A stretch of DNA of 64,000 nucleotides from assembly GCA_964487045.1 (NCBI GenBank), contig CAZAOT010000003.1, positions 72,983 through 136,982 on the forward strand, in the 5' to 3' direction. The stretch is from an uncultured Candidatus Saccharibacteria bacterium. Its GTDB lineage: Bacteria; Patescibacteriota; UBA1384; DTJR01. The notes under the pieces are model-generated. The model made no database searches, was not told the origin of the DNA, and saw only the letters and a program-made list of their open reading frames with translations. Of the stretch, positions 46,407 through 56,067 are shown piece by piece. Positions within the stretch are counted from its first letter, which is position 1. Every line of letters starts with the position of its first letter. The translations under genes and the position numbers were made by a program.

Positions 46407-47330
46407 ATGGCAAAAATTTTAGTTACCGGTGGAGCTGGCTTTATTGGTTCGAACTTTTCCAATCTAATGAGTCAAAAAGGGCATGAAGTTGTTGCTTTTG
46501 ATAACCTTTCTCTTGGAAAAAAGGACAATCTTTCCGAAAAAGTAAAATTTGTTGAAGGTGACGTTAATAAAGAAGAAGATCTGCTTAGTGCTGGAGAAGA
46601 TTTTGATTATATTATTCATTTAGCTGCTTCCTCCTCTGCTCCAATGTTCGCCGAAAATATGTACTGGGCTTATCAGAATAATGTTTCGGGTCATGTCAGG
46701 GTCATGCAATATGCGAAAAAAATTGGTGTTAAGAAAATGTTGTTTGCCTCTACTTCTTCAATTTACGGCAACAATCCGACACCACTTACCGAAGACCAAG
46801 AAGTGATTCCTCCGAACCATTATTCGGTGACAAAGTTTGCTCAAGAAGGTGCTTCCCGTGTTTTTTCTAAAGCGGAGGGCTTAGAGATAATTGCTTTCAG
46901 ATTTATGTCGATTTACGGGTTAAACGAAGGTCACAAAACATATTTCGCTAATCTAGTTTCGCAATTTATTTGGTCAATGGCTAAAGACGAAGAGCCGGTT
47001 CTGTATGGTGATGGTACGCAGGAGAGGGATTTTACTAACGTAAAAGACGTTTGCCAGGGTATTGAAAAGGCGATGGAAACAGAAAAAAAATACGGATTTA
47101 CAATCTTCAATATCGGTACGCACAAGGCGATTAATCTATTGGAATTAGTTGAAATGATCAATAAGGCGCTTGGCAAAAATATTAAGCCGAAACTTATCCC
47201 GAATCCAGTTAAGGAAGGTTATGTGAAAAGCCAACTTGCCAGTATTGATAAGATATCAAGTGAACTTGGGTATGAACCGACGGTAGAACTCGAGGACGGA
47301 ATTAAAGAAATTGTTGATAACCTAAAGTAA
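46407..47330 (+). CDS. NAD-dependent sugar epimerase/dehydratase (extended SDR)
   Basis: VTGGAGFIGSN Rossmann motif and YxxxK region. Confidence 0.85.
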   Translation: MAKILVTGGAGFIGSNFSNLMSQKGHEVVAFDNLSLGKKDNLSEKVKFVEGDVNKEEDLLSAGEDFDYIIHLAASSSAPMFAENMYWAYQNNVSGHVRVMQYAKKIGVKKMLFASTSSIYGNNPTPLTEDQEVIPPNHYSVTKFAQEGASRVFSKAEGLEIIAFRFMSIYGLNEGHKTYFANLVSQFIWSMAKDEEPVLYGDGTQERDFTNVKDVCQGIEKAMETEKKYGFTIFNIGTHKAINLLELVEMINKALGKNIKPKLIPNPVKEGYVKSQLASIDKISSELGYEPTVELEDGIKEIVDNLK

Positions 47331-47387
47331 ACTTGTTTCGCACTAATAATTAGGTTAGAATTTAACTGAACAATAACAGGAGGGTTT

Positions 47388-48710
47388 TTGCGTAAAGGCA
47401 AAACAAGAGTTCTCTTTCTAGCTTTGGTTGGGGTTGTTGTTTTAGTAAGTCTTTTTGCAATTTTTAGGAAGCAGATCTTTGCTGACACCATCACGATGCC
47501 AAGCTGGATTGATAGCGCCACGGTAACTAAATATAATACCTGGACTGCAGGCCAGAAACTTTCTTTTGACAGATGTGCGTCGAATGGTGTTAATACTAAA
47601 TCCACCCTTACTCCTCAGGAGATCAATCAGTTCGGTTCGAGTTCGGTAGCTTTTAATATTAGACCAATCGTAAATGTATCTTCGAGTAGTCCTTACTGGC
47701 CATGGTATCAGAGTAGCTATAGGTTAATTGTCACACCTCTAAAATACGATCTTCAAGCCGATGGATCACGAACTCTGAAAATGAGGCTAACGCTTGGTAA
47801 TCCTGGCACTAGTCCTGTGATTGTTGCTAATCCAGAAGCTCGCTATTATTTCTGGTCTTTTAGCAACTCAGTTCCAAAAGTTGGCAATGTAATATTTACA
47901 AGGGGAGTTGATTATACCTATACATTGTTGCCTGGCGAATATGTGAGTCAAGATACGCTTGAACTCAGCGGAGTAAAGGATCCGGCTTACTGGGGAATCG
48001 AGTTCTCGAATATGAAATATACCTTATCTGGAACGACGCCAAATTTTGAGCAGCCAATTTGGGATCCAGTGGCGCAAAAAACTGATGCTACGCTTAGTTG
48101 TATAATCAATCCTCTTCCCTTAGCAGGGTTGGTTCCAGGCTCAATTCCGTCAGTAACTCCTTCGACAGAAGTTCCTGGTAGTAGAGCGGTTACCTTTAGA
48201 AGAGGATTTTCGACTTTTGGTAATAGTGGAATGACGAACGGCACAATGTTTAAAGACGCTGGATTATTTCTCTATGCTTTTGATGGACCAACTAATTCTT
48301 GGAAAATTTATCCTGGGGGACCGGAGATAAATACTGATTTAAAAAAAGGCTATTACGTTTATAATCCTAGTGCTGAGAAAACTATTAGGTTCGGTTTCGG
48401 TAATCCTACAGTGACTACTTTTGAGCTCACCAAGGGTTGGAATATGCTTTGGACTGCGATGGACAAAAGATTAAGCGATTTAAATTTATTTTATAACGGT
48501 CAGACTTTGTCCGCTCAAGATATGATTAATCTAAGGACGATTAGCAATAACATATTTATCATTCAGGATGATACTGCCACTACGGCTTGTACCTACTTTA
48601 AACTTCTGTCTAATACCGATACTCAAGCGACATGCTCTGGTGGATCTGCAGGACTCGGAAGTTCTAGCAAGATTCCAGGTGGTAAAGCATTCTGGATTTA
48701 TGTCAATTAA
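47388..48710 (+). CDS. secreted protein, paralog A of a tandem pair
   Basis: Signal anchor; conserved ADTITMPSWIDSATVTKYNTW N-terminal motif and KGWNMLW...FKLLSNT...AFWIYVN C-terminal module shared with 48787..50217. Confidence 0.65.
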   Translation: MRKGKTRVLFLALVGVVVLVSLFAIFRKQIFADTITMPSWIDSATVTKYNTWTAGQKLSFDRCASNGVNTKSTLTPQEINQFGSSSVAFNIRPIVNVSSSSPYWPWYQSSYRLIVTPLKYDLQADGSRTLKMRLTLGNPGTSPVIVANPEARYYFWSFSNSVPKVGNVIFTRGVDYTYTLLPGEYVSQDTLELSGVKDPAYWGIEFSNMKYTLSGTTPNFEQPIWDPVAQKTDATLSCIINPLPLAGLVPGSIPSVTPSTEVPGSRAVTFRRGFSTFGNSGMTNGTMFKDAGLFLYAFDGPTNSWKIYPGGPEINTDLKKGYYVYNPSAEKTIRFGFGNPTVTTFELTKGWNMLWTAMDKRLSDLNLFYNGQTLSAQDMINLRTISNNIFIIQDDTATTACTYFKLLSNTDTQATCSGGSAGLGSSSKIPGGKAFWIYVN

Positions 48711-48786
48711 TTTTTTTAAATTGTTTTTGATTGTTAAAAAAGTAAAATTGTAATAGTAGTTTGATTACTTATCATTAGGAGGATGT

Positions 48787-50217
48787 GTGAAGACAAAAAA
48801 TAACCAAAAGCTTAAATTAATAGTATTTTTGGTGCTAGTTATTGGTCTTGCAGCACTTGCAGGTTTCTATATATATAAAAGGACGGTATCTGCTGATACT
48901 ACTCTTCCTTCTTGGATAGATTCGGCTACAGCTACTAAATATAATAGCGTTTGGTCGACTGCTCAGAAACAGCAGTTTCTTGGTTGTATGTCGAATGGTT
49001 ATACTACCAAAAGCACTTTGACTGCCGCCGAACAGTCGCAGTTTGGTGCAAATTCGGTAGTATTTGAGGGTCAGGCAGCTCCTCCAAATGACCCTGCTTA
49101 TCAGATACCATTCTATCAAAGTAAATATCGAATAGTTGTAACTCCCCAAATGTATACAACTAATAATGGATCTACGAGTGCTAAATTTAAATTTAATGTT
49201 TCTAATCCTACTTCAAGCACCTACCCAATGAGAAAGACTTCGATCAGGTTAAGCTTTTGGCATGTCGAGCAATTCGACTATTATGTCGATGGAGTCACTC
49301 CGCATTATTGGGCTGCCGATCAGGTATTATATTTCCCGAATCAGGACAATCAATCATCGCTTGCGCCTGGCCAACAGATGACAATTGAATCAAACGTCTT
49401 AAATATGACTAATGAAAGTTTTTATACCGTTAGCTTTGCTACAGAGATGTATGGTGTTAATACCTCAACCGGGGCAATTACATGGACCGGAGGGGGAACG
49501 GCAAGCTCGGTAAATTGTATAGTAAACCCAATTCCTATTGCATCGCTTAGGACTATGGCTTTTGCCTCTGTCACGCCGACTCAAACTACAACAAGCACCG
49601 CCACTTCCACGGTGACAGCAAGTGCAACTAGGACGGTTGCGCCTCCAACTGTAACGCCAACTCCTTCGGTCACATCAACTACCGCGGGACCGGGAGACTC
49701 TACTTATAATTTTCCTCGTGGTTTTAGTGTATTTGGAGCTACAGCTAATTTCCCATCAAGTCGGTTTGCTGATAATGGGTTATATGTCTACAAGTTTGAT
49801 GGTGTCTCGAACAGCTGGGTATATTGGCCGGGTATGACTCAATTTAATTTAGAAACAGGCAAGGGTTATTATGCCTATGCTGCTTCAGCGAAGTCCGCAA
49901 GCCTTCCTCTAGCCGCTGTTCCTACGGGTACGTATTCGCTGACAAAGGGTTGGAATATGCTTTATAACATTGGGGATAAATCGCTTAGTTCATTGCAGCT
50001 TAGCTATAACGGGGTAACCAAGTCAGCCCAGGAGATGATAAATAGTGGCACGATCCATTCAAGAGTTTTTATTATTGATAACGATCAAGCTACTCAGGCT
50101 TGCAGCTACTTTAAGCTACTTGGGTCAACTAACTCTGTTGCTAATTGTAGCTCAAACACTTTAGCGGTAACGGCTACTTTAAATTCCGCCAAGGCCTTCT
50201 GGGTTTACGTATTCTGA
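48787..50217 (+). CDS. secreted protein, paralog B, with Thr/Ser/Pro-rich linker
   Basis: GTG start after GGAGG; linker SVTPTQTTTSTATSTVTASATRTVAPPTVTPTPSVTSTTAGPG. Confidence 0.65.
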   Translation: MKTKNNQKLKLIVFLVLVIGLAALAGFYIYKRTVSADTTLPSWIDSATATKYNSVWSTAQKQQFLGCMSNGYTTKSTLTAAEQSQFGANSVVFEGQAAPPNDPAYQIPFYQSKYRIVVTPQMYTTNNGSTSAKFKFNVSNPTSSTYPMRKTSIRLSFWHVEQFDYYVDGVTPHYWAADQVLYFPNQDNQSSLAPGQQMTIESNVLNMTNESFYTVSFATEMYGVNTSTGAITWTGGGTASSVNCIVNPIPIASLRTMAFASVTPTQTTTSTATSTVTASATRTVAPPTVTPTPSVTSTTAGPGDSTYNFPRGFSVFGATANFPSSRFADNGLYVYKFDGVSNSWVYWPGMTQFNLETGKGYYAYAASAKSASLPLAAVPTGTYSLTKGWNMLYNIGDKSLSSLQLSYNGVTKSAQEMINSGTIHSRVFIIDNDQATQACSYFKLLGSTNSVANCSSNTLAVTATLNSAKAFWVYVF

Positions 50218-50259
50218 TCTATAGGTTGATAATTGTCAGTTTTGAGCTAAAATCTTTTC

Positions 50260-52026
50260 GTGGCTAAGAAAAAGAAGAAAACTACAAGGCAGCGCTCACC
50301 CTTATTGACACCAAGGGTTCGGCTATTGGTTATCTATGCGGTAATTGGTGTAATTTTTTTATCTTTAGCTGTCTGGCTAACCTGGCCTCTTAGTAAGTTC
50401 ATTAATTCTGCTATCATCTCCCAACCCGACTTTACTGACGGACCGTTTTTTATTTGGAATCTGTGGTGGGTGAAAAAAGCGATTTTGAATCTATCAAATC
50501 CATTCTTTAGTGATTTTGTATATTTTCCCTCGCGATCTAATCTTGCTCTTCATACCCTTACATTTACTTCAGGGATAATCTATTTGCCACTTAGTCTTTT
50601 TTTCAGGCCTCTTACTTCGTTGAATATAATTCAGCTCTTGTCTTTTATAGCGAGTGGGCTAGGGATTGTTTTATTTTCGAGTTATCTAACTAAACCAAAA
50701 TCAATATTGGAATATTTAAGCCTAGTGCCAGGGGCCATTATTTTCGCTTTCTCCCCTTTCGTTTTTTCTCACCTTCTGGCGGGACACTATAACTTAAGTA
50801 TGATTTGGCCGATTCCATTTGTCGCATATTTCTTGATAAGGACACTAGATGAGAAAAAATATACGCCGGCAATAGGCTTAGGGATATTTGCTTCAGCTCT
50901 CGCCTATCTTGACTTGCAACTGATATTCTTTGCTGGCATTGTATGTCTGCCGATTTTTTTCTCACACATGATTTTTAAGTGGAGAGAATTTTTTACCAAG
51001 CAATCGGTGCTCAGTTTGGCTCTAGCTGTTTTAGTTTTTGCAATTATTTTTGCTCTTCCATATGGATATCTGATGAGCGAATTCTGGGGGACGAAAGATG
51101 CATTTTCTACATATAATAATGGCGATATAAAGATTTTATTTGGTTTTAATCCACTAAATCCACTATTTAAATATCAAAATTACAAACTTCTTCTTTCATT
51201 GATTGGATCATATCGCGAAAACACAATTTCAATCGGTTTTACTGGTCTATTTGTAACTTTAGGAGGGTTTGCGTTGTTTGCGCGGCAACATTGGAAACAG
51301 AAATTTATTTATTTTTTCGTTCTTATCGTTGGAATAGCTTTATCGCTTGGCCCCAACCTTCAATATAACAATCATGTTTATGAGCATATTAGATTGCCCT
51401 ATTATTATCTTCAAAATCTACCATTCTTTAATCTAGGTTTAGTGCCGAGCCGATTTATTTTAATCGCTTATTTTGCTCTAGCTGTGCTTGTGAGTTTGAG
51501 CATGTTCTCTGTCGTAAGATTTTTTCAAAACAAAAAATTGTTTATTCCGGCCATCTGCTTACTTGTGATTGTTCCAATGTTTATTTTAGTCGAAAATTAT
51601 TCTGGCAAAATGATGATTGATCCACTTTATGATATCAAGCAGGTTCAAGAAATTGCACGAGAGGAAGGCGATTTTACTATCTTGCCTTATGAAGCCGGTC
51701 AAAGAGACGCGTATATTCAGGTTCTGCATCAAAAGAAAGTAGTGACGGGATTCTTGGGTAGGAGGATACATGATTATTATATGTCCAAGTATGGTAGCGT
51801 TTATCCAATAAACAAATTTTCTAGAGGACTCGCAGATGAGCTTAATCAATCTGACACTAAGCAATCAGTTGTTTCGGTATTCAGCGAATACAAGATAAGG
51901 TATATAGTTATTGAGAAAAATTTTAAGGATGATCAAGAGCTTGCGAAATTGAGGAGCTATTTAAAAAATATTCAGGCAGATTTGACTTATGAATCTAGCC
52001 AAGTGATGATTTACAAGGTTAATTAA
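50260..52026 (+). CDS. polytopic membrane protein with C-terminal soluble domain, putative GT-C-fold glycosyltransferase (PMT/ArnT/YfhO-like)
   Basis: About 12 TM helices over ~430 aa, then a ~150-aa hydrophilic domain; the assignment is architectural only. Confidence 0.5.
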   Translation: MAKKKKKTTRQRSPLLTPRVRLLVIYAVIGVIFLSLAVWLTWPLSKFINSAIISQPDFTDGPFFIWNLWWVKKAILNLSNPFFSDFVYFPSRSNLALHTLTFTSGIIYLPLSLFFRPLTSLNIIQLLSFIASGLGIVLFSSYLTKPKSILEYLSLVPGAIIFAFSPFVFSHLLAGHYNLSMIWPIPFVAYFLIRTLDEKKYTPAIGLGIFASALAYLDLQLIFFAGIVCLPIFFSHMIFKWREFFTKQSVLSLALAVLVFAIIFALPYGYLMSEFWGTKDAFSTYNNGDIKILFGFNPLNPLFKYQNYKLLLSLIGSYRENTISIGFTGLFVTLGGFALFARQHWKQKFIYFFVLIVGIALSLGPNLQYNNHVYEHIRLPYYYLQNLPFFNLGLVPSRFILIAYFALAVLVSLSMFSVVRFFQNKKLFIPAICLLVIVPMFILVENYSGKMMIDPLYDIKQVQEIAREEGDFTILPYEAGQRDAYIQVLHQKKVVTGFLGRRIHDYYMSKYGSVYPINKFSRGLADELNQSDTKQSVVSVFSEYKIRYIVIEKNFKDDQELAKLRSYLKNIQADLTYESSQVMIYKVN

Positions 52027-52064
52027 AATTTGTAAATTGTAAATTAAGAGAATATATTGAATCA

Positions 52065-52928
52065 ATGAGCCATAAGTATTTGATTGGAGCTAGTTTAGGA
52101 TACTCTGGAATTGAAGCGATCACTTCCGATCAAAATTTTAATATACTGGAAAAGAAGTCCAATCCTTTCCCGGGCAAGTTAGGCAAGGATACAATAGTCG
52201 CAAAATTATCTAAAACCATTACTTCGCTTGCTGAATATCACAACTCTTTTGCGGTAGGGATAAGTTTGCCTGCGGTTTTCGATCAAAGTAATAAAAAAAT
52301 CATTTCTTCTCAAATCGAAGGACTTGAAGGTGTGGATATTTATAGTCTGCTCTCGCGAAAAATTGATAAGCCAATTTTTTTCTTCCGAAGAAACTTCTCG
52401 ATTATGCTTTCTGAGCAAGCTTTTGGCGCGGCTAAAGATCTTAAAAACGCAGTATTGGTTGAAATTGGTAGAGATATCTCATGCGCGCTTCTCATCGGCG
52501 GGAAGATCTACAAAGGATCAAATAACGCCGCTGGACTAATTGACGAAACAATAGTCGATATTACTAGGGAAAAGAGGAATGAAGGAGGGACATTCTCAAG
52601 TTTAATTTCCGGTGAGGGTATTGAATCATTAACCGGAAAATCTGTGTATGAAATTCTAAAAGATTCCAAGGACTCAAACTTAGTTAGCAAACAGATAATC
52701 AGAGACCTCAAAGAAACATTACTTACTGGTTTTATTAATGCTAAGCTTTTGCTGGACCCCGAAGCTTTTATAGTAAGTGGGGAAATATTACAAAATTACG
52801 CTTTATTTGAAGCCGCTTTTAAAGACCTTGGAGTAGAGGTAAAAAAAGGAGAAATTGGCTCATCGGCCCCGGCACTTGGTGGGGCAATTGCCCTGTATAA
52901 TAAAGTAAATAAGAAGGACGTTAAATGA
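52065..52928 (+). CDS. ROK/BadF-type (ASKHA-fold) sugar-kinase-like protein
   Basis: N-terminal IGASLGYSGIEAI phosphate-1-like loop; weak similarity only. Confidence 0.45.
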   Translation: MSHKYLIGASLGYSGIEAITSDQNFNILEKKSNPFPGKLGKDTIVAKLSKTITSLAEYHNSFAVGISLPAVFDQSNKKIISSQIEGLEGVDIYSLLSRKIDKPIFFFRRNFSIMLSEQAFGAAKDLKNAVLVEIGRDISCALLIGGKIYKGSNNAAGLIDETIVDITREKRNEGGTFSSLISGEGIESLTGKSVYEILKDSKDSNLVSKQIIRDLKETLLTGFINAKLLLDPEAFIVSGEILQNYALFEAAFKDLGVEVKKGEIGSSAPALGGAIALYNKVNKKDVK

Positions 52929-53485
52929 TTGGATACGTTAAAGGAAAGATCATAGCTAAAAGCAGCAACTCATTAATACTAGAGAACCAGGGATTGGGTT
53001 ATAAAATAAACACTGGCAATTTTCCCAAGGGCGAGATCGGTCAAGAGGCGGAATTTTATTGTTATCACTATGTCAGAGAAGACATAAATGATTTATTCGG
53101 TTTTCAAAATTATGAATCGCTCGAATTCTTTGAGCTTTTACTAAGTGTTTCAGGAGTTGGGCCAAAGGTTGCACAAACGATACTTAATAATTTATCTAAA
53201 CAGAAAATAATTCAGGCAATCGATACTAATGATCTGAATTTATTTAAAAGTATTCCCGGAATTGGCACTAAAGTAGCCGCTAAAATCATAGTCGAACTCA
53301 AAAGTAAGCTTAGTAAGAATGATATAGATCTCAATTCGATTGAAAATGACGAGACGGTTGATGCTCTTTTGGCTCTTGGACTTAAAAAAGCAGAAATTCT
53401 TCCCGCTCTTAAAAATATACCACCAGATATGGATAGCGTTCAGGAAAAAGTTAAATTCGTTCTCAAGAATGTCTCCAAATCCTGA
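52925..53485 (+). CDS. ruvA: Holliday junction branch-migration protein RuvA
   Basis: MIGYVKGKI...LGYKI OB domain and two HhH motifs (VSGVGPKVAQ, IPGIGTKVAAKI). Confidence 0.9.
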   Translation: MIGYVKGKIIAKSSNSLILENQGLGYKINTGNFPKGEIGQEAEFYCYHYVREDINDLFGFQNYESLEFFELLLSVSGVGPKVAQTILNNLSKQKIIQAIDTNDLNLFKSIPGIGTKVAAKIIVELKSKLSKNDIDLNSIENDETVDALLALGLKKAEILPALKNIPPDMDSVQEKVKFVLKNVSKS

Positions 53486-55463
53486 AATAGAGTTAAAAAA
53501 TATTTCTGGAATTGGACCTAAGTATCAACTAGCCTTAAATAAACTCGGTATTTTTAGCGTGCATGATTTGATCTATTTTTTGCCAAAAAGAATAATTGAT
53601 CTTACGAATATAACCCCAATTGATAAAGTTAAATCTTTAGTTGACAAAGAAGTGGTGATCGAGGCTAGGGTTAGAAGTGTTAACGTCGTTAGAACTAAAA
53701 TTAAAAAGATGTGGGTTGTCGAAGCGATTCTGGAAGATGAATCCTCGGCGATCCAGGCGATTTGGTTTAATCAGCCATATCTTTTTAAATTCCTCAAGCA
53801 AAATAAAGACTTAAAGATCTATAAAGCAACTGTTAATCTCTCTAGCAAGAAAATATTTTTAAATAATCCGGAAATTTATCCTAAAAAAGGTCTCTATCCA
53901 ATATATAGACAGACTAAGAATTTATCTTCCAGGATTATTAGCAGAATAATCAATAAAATTTTAATCGAAAGTCTTTTGAAAAAAGATCTCTTGCCAGCAC
54001 CTGTTCGCAAAAAAAATAATTTGCCAATATTGTTTGATGCTGCGAAACTCGTACACTTTCCTGGCAGTATTGCTGATTATAAATTAGGAAAATATCGTTT
54101 TTTGTTTGAAGAATTATTTCTGTTTATGTTAGTTAATCTAAAAATTAAGACAGAATTTGATAGCCAAAAGTCCCCAGTAATTAAAAGCTCTGGAGAGCTA
54201 AAAAAACTTTCTGAAAAACTTCCATTTAAACTTACTCAAGATCAAAATGAAACACTAGCAGATATTCTGGAAGATTTTAAGAAGAAACGTCCAATGAATA
54301 GAATAATTCAGGGAGATGTGGGCTCTGGGAAAACGGTGGTTGCGTTTTTGGCGGCGCTAGAGGCTGTATTGTCTGGTTTTCAAGTTGCGGTTCTGGCTCC
54401 TACTGAAATATTGGCGATGCAACACTTTGAAACGTTTCAATCTTTGGCTACAGGTCTTAATTTCAAAATTAATCTAAGTCTAGTTACATCCAAAACAAAA
54501 AAGATAGCCAGTAATGAAAATATAATTATAGGTACTCACTCGCTTTTTAATTATAAATTCAAAAATCTTGGTCTAATCATTATTGACGAACAGCAGCGAT
54601 TTGGGGTCGAGCAGCGTTCCCTATTGCTCGAGTCACATGGTTATATGCCACATTATTTAAGTTTGTCCGCTACGCCAATTCCAAGAACACTTGCCCACGT
54701 AGTTTTTGCTAATTGTGATTTGTCGGTAATTAAGGAAAAACCTAAGGGCCGCCAGAAAGTAGATAGTTTCTTGATTCCGGAAAACAAGAGGCAATCAGCG
54801 TACGAATTTGTAGATAAATTGTTAGCAAGGGGCCAACAAGCTTTTGTTATCTGTCCTTTAATTGTCGCTGACGGTCTATACGACGATAAGAAATCTGTGG
54901 AGTCAGAGATGCGTAATATTAAGAAGTCTATTCTCGGAAAAAGAAGGATCGCTTCGCTGCACGGCAAGATGAAAATAAAAGACAAGGAAAAAGTTATCCT
55001 AGACTTTAGACGAGGAGAAATAGATATATTGGTTTCCACGAGTGTAGTTGAGGTTGGAGTAGATATTCCAAAGGCTACTGCAATGATAATCGAAGATGCT
55101 CAAATGTTTGGACTTTCTCAACTCCATCAATTTAGAGGGAGGGTGGGTAGGTCGGATTTGAAGTCATATTGTTTTTTATTTGCAAAAATTGAAAATGAAA
55201 TTACCAAAAAACGCTTAAAAGCTTTTATCCAAAATGATGATGGATTCGAGCTATCAAGCTATGATTTAAAGCTAAGGGGTCCTGGATCAATGTTTGATAT
55301 AAGTCAATCAGGATTTTCAAATATTAATCCTTTATGGTTTGAGAATTCTAAATTACTTGATGAGTGCTCTAGGTCAGCCAAGGAAGTTTTAGATGAACTT
55401 GATAAATATCCTAATCTTAAAGAAGAAATTAATTCTAAAATATCAGTTACGCATCTTGACTAA
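53469..55463 (+). CDS. recG: ATP-dependent DNA helicase RecG
   Basis: QGDVGSGKT (motif I), IIDEQQRFGV (motif II), QLHQFRGRVGR (motif VI); start ATG at 53469 overlaps the ruvA end. Confidence 0.9.
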   Translation: MSPNPEIELKNISGIGPKYQLALNKLGIFSVHDLIYFLPKRIIDLTNITPIDKVKSLVDKEVVIEARVRSVNVVRTKIKKMWVVEAILEDESSAIQAIWFNQPYLFKFLKQNKDLKIYKATVNLSSKKIFLNNPEIYPKKGLYPIYRQTKNLSSRIISRIINKILIESLLKKDLLPAPVRKKNNLPILFDAAKLVHFPGSIADYKLGKYRFLFEELFLFMLVNLKIKTEFDSQKSPVIKSSGELKKLSEKLPFKLTQDQNETLADILEDFKKKRPMNRIIQGDVGSGKTVVAFLAALEAVLSGFQVAVLAPTEILAMQHFETFQSLATGLNFKINLSLVTSKTKKIASNENIIIGTHSLFNYKFKNLGLIIIDEQQRFGVEQRSLLLESHGYMPHYLSLSATPIPRTLAHVVFANCDLSVIKEKPKGRQKVDSFLIPENKRQSAYEFVDKLLARGQQAFVICPLIVADGLYDDKKSVESEMRNIKKSILGKRRIASLHGKMKIKDKEKVILDFRRGEIDILVSTSVVEVGVDIPKATAMIIEDAQMFGLSQLHQFRGRVGRSDLKSYCFLFAKIENEITKKRLKAFIQNDDGFELSSYDLKLRGPGSMFDISQSGFSNINPLWFENSKLLDECSRSAKEVLDELDKYPNLKEEINSKISVTHLD

Positions 55464-55501
55464 CTTGAAACTAAGTAAGATTAGGCACATAATTTTAATA
55501 A

Positions 55502-55996
55502 ATGAGGTCTTCAAAAAAAGTAGGATCTGAGTTATCGAGAGTAAAACTTTATCTTTTAATTTTTCTTGGTCTAGCCATTATGTTTGGTAGTGGAATATTA
55601 TTTTGGCAGATTCAGAAACAGAACTCAGCTTCTTCGAATACCGAGAATTTAGCGTTAAAAAATCAAATAGATGATCTAAATAAAAGGATCGACGAGTTAA
55701 ATAAAACCATTTTAGAAGCAAAAAATGCTTCACCGATAGTGGAGACTCGCTCTTACACAAAATCTTCTGGTCAGGTAGCTGGCGAACAATCGAGTAGGGT
55801 TAATGGAAAAATAAATATAAATTCTGCCAGTAGCTCTGAGCTTGACTCCCTGCCTGGAATAGGCGCTTCTTATGCTGCGCGAATTATCGAATATCGTGAA
55901 TCAAATGGCGGATTTAAGTCAATTGATGAGATAAAAAATATTAAAGGTATCGGGGATAAGACTTTTGATAAATTAAAAGATCTAATTAGCGTTTGA
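55502..55996 (+). CDS. comEA: ComEA-like helix-hairpin-helix DNA-binding competence protein
   Basis: TM anchor, then NINSASSSELDSLPGIGASYAARIIEYR...IKGIGDKTFDKLK. Confidence 0.85.
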   Translation: MRSSKKVGSELSRVKLYLLIFLGLAIMFGSGILFWQIQKQNSASSNTENLALKNQIDDLNKRIDELNKTILEAKNASPIVETRSYTKSSGQVAGEQSSRVNGKININSASSSELDSLPGIGASYAARIIEYRESNGGFKSIDEIKNIKGIGDKTFDKLKDLISV

Positions 55997-56067
55997 TAGT
56001 GCCTTGGGGCTATAGCTAGAATGCCTTCTTTGATTTATAATGTGATAGTGATAAGTAAGGAGGGAAA

